Source: the human T2T-CHM13v2.0 reference genome, Homo sapiens. From it: a stretch of DNA of 64,000 nucleotides. Below the pieces are notes generated by a model, which worked only from the letters and a program-made list of their open reading frames with translations, was not told where the DNA came from and ran no database searches. Each line of letters starts with the position of its first letter. Position 1 is the first letter of the stretch. The translations under genes and the position numbers were made by a program. Below, one piece after another: positions 1 through 12,600 of this stretch. The stretch is from NCBI RefSeq assembly GCF_009914755.1, contig NC_060935.1, one strand, 5' to 3'.

Positions 1-3000
1 GCTATCTGAGAAACTGCTTTTTGATGTGTACATTCACTTCACAGATTTAAACTTTTCTTCTCATTCAGCAGTCTGGAAACACTGTTTTGGCAGAATCCGA
101 GAAGGGATATTTGGGAGCACCTAGAGGCCCATGGTGAAAAAGAAAACATGTTCAGATAAAAACTAGAAAGAAGCTTTCTTAGAAAATGCTTTGTGATGTG
201 TGCATTTCTCTCACAGAGTTAAAACTTTCTGTGGATTCAGCAGTTTAGAAACACTGTTTTTTTAGAAGCTGGGTAGGGATATTTGGGAGCTTAATGAGGC
301 AAATGCAAAAAACGGATATCCCAGGATAAAAACTAGAAGGAAGCCCTTTGAGAAAACTCTTTCTGTTGTGTGCATTACTCTTGCAGATTTAAACCTTTCT
401 TTCCATTCAGCAATTTGGAAACACTGTTTTCATAGTATCTGCAAAGTGATATCTTGGAGCACTTACTTTGAGATCTGTGGTGAAAAAGGAAACATATTCA
501 GTTTAAAATTAGAAAGAAGTTCTATGAGAAACTACTCGGTGTTTTGAGCATTCATCTCACAGAGTTAAACCTTTCTGTGGATTCAGCAGTCATAAACACT
601 GCTTTTGTCTATTCCATGAATGCACATTTGGCTGCTAGTTGGAGCCAAAGGAGAAAAAGTGAATATCCCAAGATAATAACTAGAAAGAAGCTATCTGAGA
701 AACCGCTTTGTGGTGTGTGCATTCATCTCACAGAGTTAAACCTTTCTTTTCATTCAGCAGTTTGGAATCACTGTTTACGTATAATCTGTGAACGGATATC
801 TGGGAGCACATTGTGGTCTATGGTGAAAAAAATACCTTCAGGTAAAAACTAGAAAGAAGTTTTCTGAAAGAATGCTTTGTGATGTGTGCATTCATCTCAC
901 AGATTGATAGCTTCTGTGGATTCAGCAATTTGCAAACACTGTTTTTGTCCATTCTGCCCATGGACATTTGGGAGCCCTTTGTGGCCAATGGAAAAAAAGC
1001 AAATATCCCAGGATGAAAACTAGAAGGAAGCTATATGAGAAATCGCTTTGTGATGTGGGAATTCACCTGGCAGAGATAAATTTTTCCTTTCATTCAGCAG
1101 TATGGAAACGCTGTTTTGGCAGAATCAGCTAAGGGATATTTGGGAGTGCAAAGAGGTCAATTGTGAAAAAGGGAATAACTTCACATAAAAACTATAAAGA
1201 AGCTTTCTGAGAAACTGCTTTGTGATGTGTGCATTCATCACACAGAGTTAAATATTTCTTTGGATTCAGCAGTTTGCCAACATTGTTTTGGCCCATTCTG
1301 TGAATAGACATTTGGGAGCTCATTGAGGCCAATGGCAAAAAACCGAATATCCCAGGATAAAAACTAATAAAAACTACCTGAGACACTGCTTTATGAATGG
1401 AGCATTCACCTCACAGAGTTAAAACTTTCTTTTCATACAGCAGTCTGGAAACACTGCTTTGGAAGAATCCACAAAGTGATATGTGGGAGCACATTGAGGC
1501 CTAAGGTGAAAAAGTAAATATCATCAGATAAAAGCTGGAAACTAGCTTTCTGAGAAACTGCTTTGTGATGTGTGCATTCATCTCACAGAGTTAAGCCTTT
1601 CTTTGGATTTGGCATTTTGGAAACACTGTTGTTGTAGGATCTGCATAGCAATATCTTGGATCTTAATGATGACAATGGTGAAAAAGTGAATATCCCAGGA
1701 AAAAAAAAACTAGAAACTGCTTTGTGATGTGTGCATTCATATCTCAGAGTTAGACCTTGCCTTTATTTAGCAGTTTGGAAACAATGTTTTTGTAGAATCT
1801 GTAAAGGTATACCTGGGAGCGCATTGAGGTCCATGGTGAAAAATGAAATATCATAAAATAAATCAATAAATAAGCTTTCTGAGAAGTTGATTTGTTATAT
1901 GTGCATTCATCTCACAGAGTTAAGCTTTTCTATGGATTCGGCCATTTGTTAAAACTGTTTTTCTGCATTCTGTGAAAGGACATTTGGGAGTTCATAGAGG
2001 CCAATGGCGAAAAACAAATATCCCAGAATAAAAACTAGAAGGAAGCTACCTGAGAAACTGCTTTGTGATGTGTGCATTCAGGTCACAGAGTTAAAACTTT
2101 GTTTTCATTCAATAGTTTGGAAAAACTGTTTTCGTAAAATATAGTAAGTGATATCTGGGAACGCATAGAAGACTATGGTGAAAAAGGAAATGCCTTCAGA
2201 TAAAAACTAGAAAGAAGCTTTCAGAAAAACTGCTTTGTGATGTGTGCATTCATCTCACAGAGTTAAACCTTTCTATGGATTCAGCAATTTGGAAATACTT
2301 TTGTTGAAGAATCTGTGAAGGGATATATTGGAACTTAATGAGGTCAATGGCAAAAAAGCAAATATCCCAGGAAAAAAACTAGCTGGAAGCTATCTGAGAC
2401 ACTGCTTTGTGATGTGTGCATTCACCTCTCAGAGATAAACCTTTCTTTTCATTCAGCAGTTTGGAAACACTGTTTTTGTAGAATCTTCGAAGTGATATCT
2501 TGGAGTGCATTGAGGCCTAAGGTGAGAAAGGAACTATCTTCAGATAAAAACTAGAAAGAAGCTTTATGAGAAATTGCTTTGTGATGAATGAATTCTTCTC
2601 ACAGTGTTAAAACTTTCTGTGGATTCAGCAGTTTGCAAACACTATTTTTGTCCATTCTGCAAATGGACATTTGGAAACTCATTAAGGCCAATGATGAAAC
2701 TGCAAATATCCTAGGATAAAAACTAGAAAAGAGCTATCTGAGAACCGGCTTTCTGAGGTGTGCTTTCACCTAGGAGAGTTAAAACTTTCCTTTAATACAG
2801 CATTCTGGAAACACTGTTTTGGCAGAATCTGTGAAGGGATATTTTGGAGGGCATTGAGGCTTATGGTGGAAAAGGAAATATCTTCAGAAAAAAACTAGAA
2901 AGAAACTTTCTGAGACGCTGCTTTGTGATGTGTGCATTCAGCTTATAGAGTTAAACCTTCCTTTGGATTCATCAGTTTGATAACACTGTTCTTGTAGAAT

Positions 3001-6000
3001 CTGGGAAGAAATATTTGGGAGCTTAATTAAGCAAAATGCTTTGAGAAAGTGAATATCCCACGATAAAAACCAGAGAGAAGCTTAATGAGAAACTTGCTTG
3101 GGATGTGTGCATTCATCTCAGACAGTAAGACTTTCCTTGGTTGCAGCAGTTTGGAAACATTGTTTTAACCATTCTGGAACTGGACATTTGTGGGCTTATT
3201 GAGGCCAACGGTAAACAAAGCAAATATCCCAGGATAAAAACCAGAAGGAAAAATCTGAGAAACAGTTTTGTTATGTGTGCATCAATCTAGCAGAGTTAAA
3301 CATTTCTTTTCTTTCAGCAGTTTGGAAACACTGTTTTTGTAGAATATGCAAAGAGATATTTGGTTGTGCATTGAGGCCTATGGTGAAAAAAGAAATATCT
3401 TCAGAAAAAAATTAGAAGCTTTCTGAGAAACTGCTTTGTGATGTGTGCATTCATCTCACAGACTTAAACATTTTTTTTGATTCAGCAGTTTGGTAACACT
3501 GTTTTTGTAGAATACAAAAAGGGATATTTTGGAGCTCATTGAGGCCAAAAGCAAAAAAGTGAATATTTCAGGATAAAAACTAGAAGGAAGCTATCTGAGA
3601 AACTGTCTTGTTATGTGTGCATCCATCTCACAGATTTAAACGTTTCTTTTCATTCAGCAGTTTGGAAACACATTTTAGTACAATCATCTGTGAAGGGGTA
3701 TGTGGAGGTGCATTGAAGCTTATGGCGAAAAAGGAAATATCTTCAGATAAAAACCAGAAAGAAGCTTTCTGAGAAACTGCTCGGTGATGTGTGCTTTCAT
3801 GTCACAGATTTAAACCTTTCTTTGGATTCAGCATTTTGGAAACATTTGGACAATTTGCAGCTCATTGATGACAGTGGTGAAAAAGTGAATATCCCAGGAT
3901 AAAAACTCAAAGGAAGCTAGCTGAGTAACTGCTCTATGATGTGTGCATTCGTCTCACAGAGTTAAACCTTCCTTTCAATTCAGCAGTTTGAAAACACTGT
4001 TTTCATAGATACTGCGAAGGGATTTCGGGGGCCGCATTGAGGCCTATGGTGAAAAAGAAAATATCTTCAGTTAAAAAGTAGAAAGAAGCATTCTGAGAAA
4101 CTGCTTTGAGATGTGTGCCTTCATCTCACAGACTTAAATGTTTCTTTGGATTCAATAGTATGGAAGCACTGTTTTTGTCGAATCTGTGAAGAGGTAGTTG
4201 GGAGTACATTGAGGCCAAAGGTGAAAAAGCAAATATCCTGGGATAAAAACTAGAAGGAAGCTACCTGAGAAATCCCTGGGTTATGTGTGCATTCATCTTG
4301 CAGAGTTAAACCTTTCCTTTTATTCAGCAGTAAGGAAACACTGTTTTTGTAGAGTCTGCAAAGGGACATTTAGGAGCTCATTGAGGCCAAATGCGAAAAA
4401 GTGAACAGCCTGGGATAAAAACTAGAAGGAAGATATATGTGAAACCACTTAGTTATGTGTGCATTCATCTCACAGAGTTAAACCTTTCTTTTCATTCAGC
4501 AGTTTGGAAACACTGTTTTGGTGGAATCTGTGATGGGATATTTTAGAGTGCATTGAGGCCTATGGTGAAAAAGGATCTATCTTTAGATAAAAACTAGAAA
4601 AAAGCATTCAGAGAAACTTCTTTGTAATGTGTGCATTCATCTCACAGAGTTAAACCTTTCTTCTGATTCATCATTTTGGAGACACTGTTTTTGTCCCTTT
4701 CGCAGAATGGACAATTGGGAGACCATTGAAACCAATGGTGAAAAAGTGAACATCACAGGATAAGAAGTAGAAGAAAGATATCTGACAAACCGCTTTGGGA
4801 TGTGTGCATTCATCTCTCAGAGTTAACTTGTTTTTCATTCAGCAGTTTGGAAACACTGTTTTTGTAGAATCTGTGAAGGGATATTTGGGAGCTCATTGGG
4901 GCCAAAGGTGAAAAAGTAAATATCCCACGATAAAAGCTAGAATAAGCTATCTAAGAATATGCTTTGTGATGTGTGCATTCATCTGACAGAGTTAAATGTT
5001 TCTTTTCATTCAGTAGTTTTAAACACATTTTGGTAGAATCTGCAAAATGATATATGGGGGTGCATTGAAGCCTATGGTGGAAAAGGAAATATCTTCATAT
5101 AAATACTAGAAAGAAGCCTTCTGACAAATTGCTTTGTGATGTGTGCTTTCATGTCACAGAGTTAAACATGTCTTTGGATACAGCATTTGGGAAACACTGT
5201 TTCTGTCCATTCTATGAATGGACATTTGGCAGCTCATTGAGGCCAATGGTGAAAAAGTGAATATCTCAGGATAAAAACTTGAAAGAACCTGTCTGAGTAA
5301 CCACATTGTGATTTGTGCATTCATCTCACAGAGTTAAACCTTCGTTTTCATTCAGCAGTTTTGAAACACTGTTTTTGTAGAATCTGCAAAGGGATATTGG
5401 GGCACGCATTCATGCCTATGTTGAAAAAGAAATTATTTTCAGTAAAAAACTAGAAAGAATCTTTCTGAGAAACTGCTTTGCGATGTGGACATTCATCACA
5501 CAGAGTTAAACATTTCTTTGGATTCAGCAGTATGGAAACACTGTTTTTGTAGAATTTGCAAAGGGGTATTTAGGAGCTCATTGAAGCCAAAGGCAAAAAA
5601 GGAAATATCCCAGGATAAAAACTAGAAGGAAACTATCTGAGAAGCCACTTGGTTATATGTGCATTCACTTCACAGAGTTAAGCTTTCTTTTAATTCAGCA
5701 GTTTGGAAACACTACTTTGTAAAATCTGCGAAGGGGTTTTTGGGAGACCATTGAGGCCTATGGTGAAAAATGAAATATGTTCAGATAAAAACTAGAAAGA
5801 AGCTTTCTGAGAAACTGCTTTGAGATGTGTGCATTCATCACACAGAGTTAAACCTTTCTTTGGATTCAGCAGTTTAGAAACCATGTTTTTGTCCATTCTG
5901 TCAATGGACATTTGGGAGCTCATTGAAGCCAATGGCAAAAAAACAAATATCCCTGGATAAAAACTAGAAGGAAACTATCTGAGGCCGCTTTGTTATGTGT

Positions 6001-6671
6001 GCATTCATCTCACAGAGTTAAACCTTTATTTTCATTTGGCAGTTTGGAAACACTGTATTTTAAAATCTGTGAATGGATATATGGGAATGCTTTGAGTCCT
6101 ATAGTGAAAAAGGAACTATCTTCAGATGCAAACTAGAAAGAAGTTTTCTGAGAAACAGCTTTGTTATGTGTGCATTCCACTCACAGAGTTAAAACCTTTT
6201 TTGTATTCACAAGTTTGGAAACATTGTTTTTGTAGAATCTGCAAAGGAATATTTGGGAGGTCATTGAGGCCAAAGGCAAAGAGTGAATATTCTAGCATAA
6301 AAACAGAAGGAAACTATCGGAGAAGCCTCTCTGAGATGTGTGTCTTGATCTCCAAAAGTTAAAATTTTTTTAACATTCAGCAGTTTGGAAACACAGTTTT
6401 GTAGGATCTGCAAAGTTATATTTTGTTGTGCATTGTGGACTATGGTGAAAAAGAAATATCCTCAGCTAAAAATTACAAAGAAGGTTTCTGACAAACTGCT
6501 TTGGAAAGATGCATTCATCTCACATCTCACAGAGATATACACATTACTTTTGATTCTGCAGTTTGAAAACACTGTTTTTGTTCTTTCTGCAAATGGACAT
6601 TTGGGAGCTCATTGAGGACAATGGCAAAAACGCGAATATCCCAGGATAAAAACTAGAAGGGAGTTGTCTGA
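1..6671 (+). repeat. Diverged alpha satellite array, block 1 (dimeric, CENP-B-box-less); continues beyond window start
   Basis: TGTGATGTGTGCATTCATCTCACAGAGTTAAAC recurs every ~171 bp. GGAAATATCTTCAGATAAAAACTAGAAAGAAGCTTTCTGAG monomers alternate with GAATATCCCAGGATAAAAACTAGAAGGAAGCTATCTGAG monomers. Confidence 0.98.
2173..2189 (+). other. pJalpha / A-box motif (representative copy; present in roughly every second monomer across the window)
   Basis: CTATGGTGAAAAAGGAA (TTCCTTTTTCACCATAG on the other strand) occupies the position where B-type monomers carry the CENP-B box. No TTCG-N4-A-N2-CGGG box was seen. Confidence 0.8.
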
Positions 6672-9600
6672 AATACTCGCTTTTTCACCTTTGGCCTGAA
6701 TGAGCTCCCAAATATCCATTCATAGAATGGACAAAAACAGTGTTTCCCAACTGATGAAGCAAAAGAAATGTTTATCTCTATGAGATGAATGCACACATCA
6801 GAAAGCAATTCCTCAGAAAGATTATTTCTACTTTTTATCTGAAAATATTTCCTTTTACCATAGCCCTAAAAATGATTTGAAATTTCTCTTTGCATATTCT
6901 ATGAAAACAGTGTTTCCACAATGCTGAATGAAAAGAAAGGTTTAACTCTGCTAGATGAATGGATACATCACAAAGCGGTATCTCAGATAGCTTCCTTCTA
7001 GTTTTTATCCTGGGGTATTCACTTTTTTGTCTATGGCCTCAATGAGCTATCAAATATCCCTTGGCAGATTCTACTAAAACAGTGTTTACAAACTGTTGAA
7101 TCCAAGGAAATGTTGAAATCTGTGAGATGAATGCACACATCACAAAGCCGTTTCTCAGAAAGATTCCTTCTAGTTTTGATCTGAAGTTATTTCCTTTTTC
7201 ACCATAGACCACAAAGCCCTCCTATATATAGCTTCACAGAGTCTACCAAAACAGTGGTTCCAAACTGCTGAATGAAAAGAATGTTTTAACTCTGCGAAAT
7301 GAATGCATCCATCACAAAGTGGTTTCTCAAGTAGTTTCTTTCTAGTTTTTATACTGGGATATTCGCTTTTTCCCAGATGGCCTCTATGAGCTGCCAAATA
7401 TCCCTTTGCACATTCTACAATAACAGTGTTTCCAAACTGGTGAATCCAAAGAAAGGTTTTACTGTGTGATATGAATGCACACATCATAAAGCAGTTTCTC
7501 AGAAATCTTCTCTCTAGTTTTCAACAGAAGATATTTCCTTTTTACCATAAGCCTAAATGCGCTCCCAAATATCCCTTTGCAGTTTCTACAAAAAGAGTGT
7601 TTCCAACCTGTTGAATGAAAATAAAGGTTTAACTCTGTGAGATGAATGCACATATCACAAAGTGGTTTTTCAGATAGATTCTTTCTAATTTTTTTCATGG
7701 GATATTCACTTTTTGGCCTTTGGCTTCAATGAGCTGTCTAATATCCCTTCGCGGATTCTACAAAAAGATTGCTTGAAAACTGCTGAATCCAAAAAACGGT
7801 TTAACACTGTTAGGTGAATGCACACATCATAAAGCAGTTTCTCATAAAGCTTCTTCCTACTTTTTGTCTGAAGATATTTCCTTTTTCACCATAAGCCTCC
7901 GTGCTCTCCCAAATATCCCTTTACAGATTCTACCAAAACGGTGTTTCCAAACTGTTGAATGAAAAGAAAGGTTTAACTCTGTGATTTGAATGCACCCATC
8001 ACAAAGCAGTTTCTCAGATAGCTTTCTTCTAAGTTTTATCCTTGGATATTCACTTTTTCTCCTTGGCCTCAATGATCTCCCAAATGTCCATTCATAGAAC
8101 GGACAAAAACAGTGTTTCTACACTGCTGAATCCAAAGAACGGTTCAACTCTTAGAGATGAATGCACACATCACAAAGCACTTTCTCGTAAATCTTCTATC
8201 TTGTTTTTTTCTGAAGATATTTCCTTTATCACCATAGTCCTCTATGTAATTCCAAATGTTCCTTCACGGATTCTGCCAAAGTAGTGTTTCCAAACTACTG
8301 TATGAAAAGAAAGTTTTAACTCTTCCAGGTGAATGCACATCACAAAGTGGTTTCTCAGATAGCTTCCTTCTAGTTTTTCTCCTGTGATATTCACTTTTTC
8401 ACCATTGTTGTTAATGAACTATCAAATGTCCTTTTGCAGAATGGGTGAAAACAGTGTTTGCAAAATGCTGATTTCACTGAAAGGATTATCTCTGTGAGCT
8501 GAATGAACACATCACAAAGCAGTTTCTCAGAGAGCTTCTTTCTAGATTTTATCTGAGTATATTTCCTTTTTCACCATGGGCCTCAATGCCCTTCCAGATA
8601 TCCCTTTGAAGTTTCTATGAAAACAGTGTTTCCACAATGCTGAATGAAAAGAAAGTTTAACACTGTGAGATGAATGCACACATCACAAAGTGGTTTCTCA
8701 GATAGCTTTCTTCTAGTTTTTATTCTGGGATATTCGCTTTTTCACCTTTGAACTCAATGACCTCCAAAGTGTCCATTCGCAGAATGGACAAAAAGAGTGT
8801 TTCCAAACTGCTGAATCCAAAGAAAGGTTTACCTCTGTGAGATGAATGCACACATCACAAAGCAGTTTTTCTGAAAGCTTCTTTCTAGTTCTTACCTGAA
8901 AGTATTTTCTTTTTCACCATAGGCCTCATTGCATTCTCAAACATCCCTTTGTGGATTCTGCCAGTACAGTATGCCAAACTACTGTATGAAAAGAAAATAT
9001 TAACTCTGTAAGGTGAATGCACACATCACAAAGGTTTTTCTCAGATAGCTTCTTTGTAGTTTTTATCCTTGGATATTCACTTTTTCACCTTTGGACTAAA
9101 TGAGCTCCCAAATTTCCATTAGCAGAAGGGACAAAAACAGTGTTTTCAAACTGCTGAATCCAAAGAAAAGTTGAAATCTGTTAGATGAATGTACACATCA
9201 CAGAGCAGTTTTTCAGAAAGCTTCTTTCTAGTTTTATCTGAAGCTATTTCCTTTTTCACCGTAGGCCTCAAAGCACTCCAAGTTATCCTTTTGCAGATTC
9301 TACGATAACAGTGTTTCCAACCTGCTGAAAAAAAGAAATGTTTAACTCTGTGAAATGAATGCACACATCACAAAGTGGTTTTTCAGATTGCTTTCTTCTA
9401 TTTTTTTCTAGTATATTTTCTTTTTCGTCATTGGCCTAAATGAGCTCCTGAATATCCGTTTGTATATTCTAAATTAACAGTGTTTTCAAACTGCTGAATC
9501 AAAAGTTTACTCTATGAGATGAATGCACACATCACAGAGCAGTTTCTGAGAAAGCTTCTTTCTAATTTTCATTTGAACATATTTCCTTTTTGAACATAGG

Positions 9601-12600
9601 CCTCAATGAGCTCCCAAATATAACTTCACAGAAACTGCCAACACAGTGTTTCCAGACTGCTGAGTGAAAAGAACTTTTTATCTCAGCGAGGTGAATGCAC
9701 ACTTAAGAAAGCGATTTCTCAAATAGCATTCTTCTAGTTTTTATCTGGGGATATTCACTTTTTCATCATTGGCCTCAATGAGCTCCCCAATGTACATTTG
9801 CAGAATGGACAAAAACAGTATTTGCAATCTGCTGAATCCACAGACAGTTTTAACACAGTGAGATGAATGCACAAATCACAAAGCAGTTTCTCAGAAAGCT
9901 TCTTTCCACTTTTAATCTGAAGATATTTCCTTTTTCACCATAGGCCTCAATGCACTCCCAGATACCACTTCGCAGATTCTACGAAAACAGTGTTTCCAAA
10001 CTGCTGAATGAAAAGAAAGGTTTAACTCTGTGAGAGGAATGCACACATCACAAAGTGGTTTCTCAAATAGCTTCCTTCTAGTTTTTATCCTGGGATAGTT
10101 GGTTTTTCCCCTTTTGCTTAATTTAGCTCCCAAATTTCCCTTCACAGATTCTACAATGACAATGTTTCCAAACCGCTGAATCCAAAGAAAGTTTTAACTC
10201 TGTGAGGTGAATGCACACATCTCAAAGCTGTTTCTCAGAAACTTCCTTTAATTTTTATCTGAAGACTTTTTACCACAGACCCCAAATATCCCTTCGTGAA
10301 TTCTTCCAAAACAGTGTTTACAGATTGCAGAATGAAAAGACAGTTTTAACTCTTTGAGGTGAATGCACACATCACAAAGTAGTAGCTCAGATAGCTTTCT
10401 TCCCATTTTTATCCTGGGATATTGGCTTCCTTGTCATTGGTCTCAAGGAGCTCCCAAATATCCGTTTGCAGATTCTACAACAACGGGGTTTTCAAACTGC
10501 TGAATCTAAAGAAAGGTTTCATTCTGTGAGATGAATGCGCACATCACAAAGCAGTTTCTGTGAAAGCTTCTTTGTGGTTTCTATCAGAAGATATTTCCTT
10601 TTTCACTGTAGGCCTCAAATGCACTCCAGATATCCCTTCACACTTTCTACAAAAACAGTGTTTCCAAATTGCTGAATGACAAGAAATGTTTAACTCTGTG
10701 AGACTAATGAACACATCACCAAGAGGTTTCTCAGATTAATTTCTTCTAGTTTTTTTTTCCTGGAATATTTGCATTTCCGCCATTGGCCTCAGTGAGCTCC
10801 CAAATATCCCTTTGCAGAATCTACAACAACAGTTTTTTCCAACTGATGAATCCAAAGAGAGGTTTAACACTGTGAGATGAATGCACACATCACAGAGCCG
10901 TTTCTCAGAGAGTTTCTTTCTTTTATCTGAAGATAGTTCCTTTACACCATAGGCCTCAGTGAGCTCCAAAACATCCCTTTGGGGATTCTGCCAAAACAGT
11001 TTTTCCAGACTGCTAAGTGAAAAGAAAGTTTTATCCATACAATGTGAATGCACACATCACAAAGCAGTTTCTCAGATTGATTTCTTCTAGTTTTTGTCCT
11101 AGGATATTCACTTTTTCTCCATTGGCCTCAATGAGCTCTCAAGTATCCCTTCACAGATTCTACAACAACGATGCTTCCAAACTGCTGAATCCAAAGGAAG
11201 GTTTAACTCTGTGAGATGAATGCACAAATCACAAAGAAGTTTCTGAGAAAACTTCCTTTTAATTTTTATCTGAAAATATTTCCTTTTTCATCATAGGCCT
11301 ATAGGTGCTCCCAAATATCCCTTCATGGATACCGCCAAAACAGTGTTTCCAGACTGCTAAATGAAAAGCAACGTTTATCTCTGCGAGGTGAATGTCACAT
11401 CACAAAACTGTTTCTCAGATAGTTTCTTTCTAGTTTTTATCCTGGGATATTCCCTTTTTTGCCATTGGCCTCAATGAGCTCCCAAATGTCCATACGCAGA
11501 ATGGACAACAACAGAGTTTTCAAACTGCTGTATCCAAAGTAAGGTTTAACTCTGTGAGATGAATGCACACATGTGAAAGTAGTTTCTCAGAAAGCTTCTT
11601 TGTAGTTTTTATCTGAGGTTATTTCGTTTTTCACCATAGGCCTCAATGCACTCCTAGATATCACTTTGCAGATTCTACAAAAATATTGTTTCCAAACTGC
11701 TGAATGAAAATAAAGGTTTAACTCTGCGAGTTGAATCCTCACTTCACAAAGCAGTTTCTCAGAAAGTTTCTTTCTTGTTTTTGTTTGAAAATATGTCCTT
11801 TATCTCCATCAGCCTCTATGCGTTCCCAAATAACCCTTCGGGGATTCTGCCAAAACAGTGTTTCCAGACTGCTAAATGAAAAACAATGTTTATCTCTGCA
11901 TGGTGAATGCACACATCACCATGCGATTTCTCAGATAGCTTCCTTCCAGTTTTTATCCTGGGATATTCCCTTTTTCACCACTGGACTCAATGATCTCTCA
12001 GATATCTATTTGAAGAATGGTCAAAAACAGTGTCTGCAAACTGCAGAATCCACAGAAAATTTTAACTCTGTGACATGTAAGCACTCATCACAAAGCTGTT
12101 TCTCAGAAAGCTTCTCTCTAGTTTTTATCTGAAGATTTCTTTTTCACCCTGGCCTCAATGCGCTCCCAAATATCCCTTCATGGATTCTGCCAAAAACAGT
12201 TTTTCCAGACTGCTGGATGCAAAGAAAGTTTTAACTCTTCCAACGGAATTCACACTTCACAAAGCAGTATCTTAGATTGCTTCCTTGAACTTTTTATCAA
12301 GATATGGCCTTTTTCACCACAGGCCTCAAGGTGCTCCCAAATATCCCTTTGCTGATTCTGCCAAAACAGTGTTTCCAGATTGCTGAATCTAAGGAAATAT
12401 TTATCTCTATGAGATGAATGCACACATCACAAAGCTGTTTCTCAAATAGCTTTCCTTGAGATTTTATGATGGGATATTCCCTTTTTTTGCCATTTATCTG
12501 AAAGAATTCCCAAATGTCCATTTGCAGAATGGACAAAAACAGTGTTTGCAAACTACTGAATCCACAGAAAATTTGAAATCTTTGAGATGAGTGCACACAT

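Noticed and set aside
7695-7940. Possible continuation of the junction duplication at ~29560
   Set aside because: Only about one monomer of shared variants, and a similar monomer occurs at ~33830. Too weak to call without alignment.
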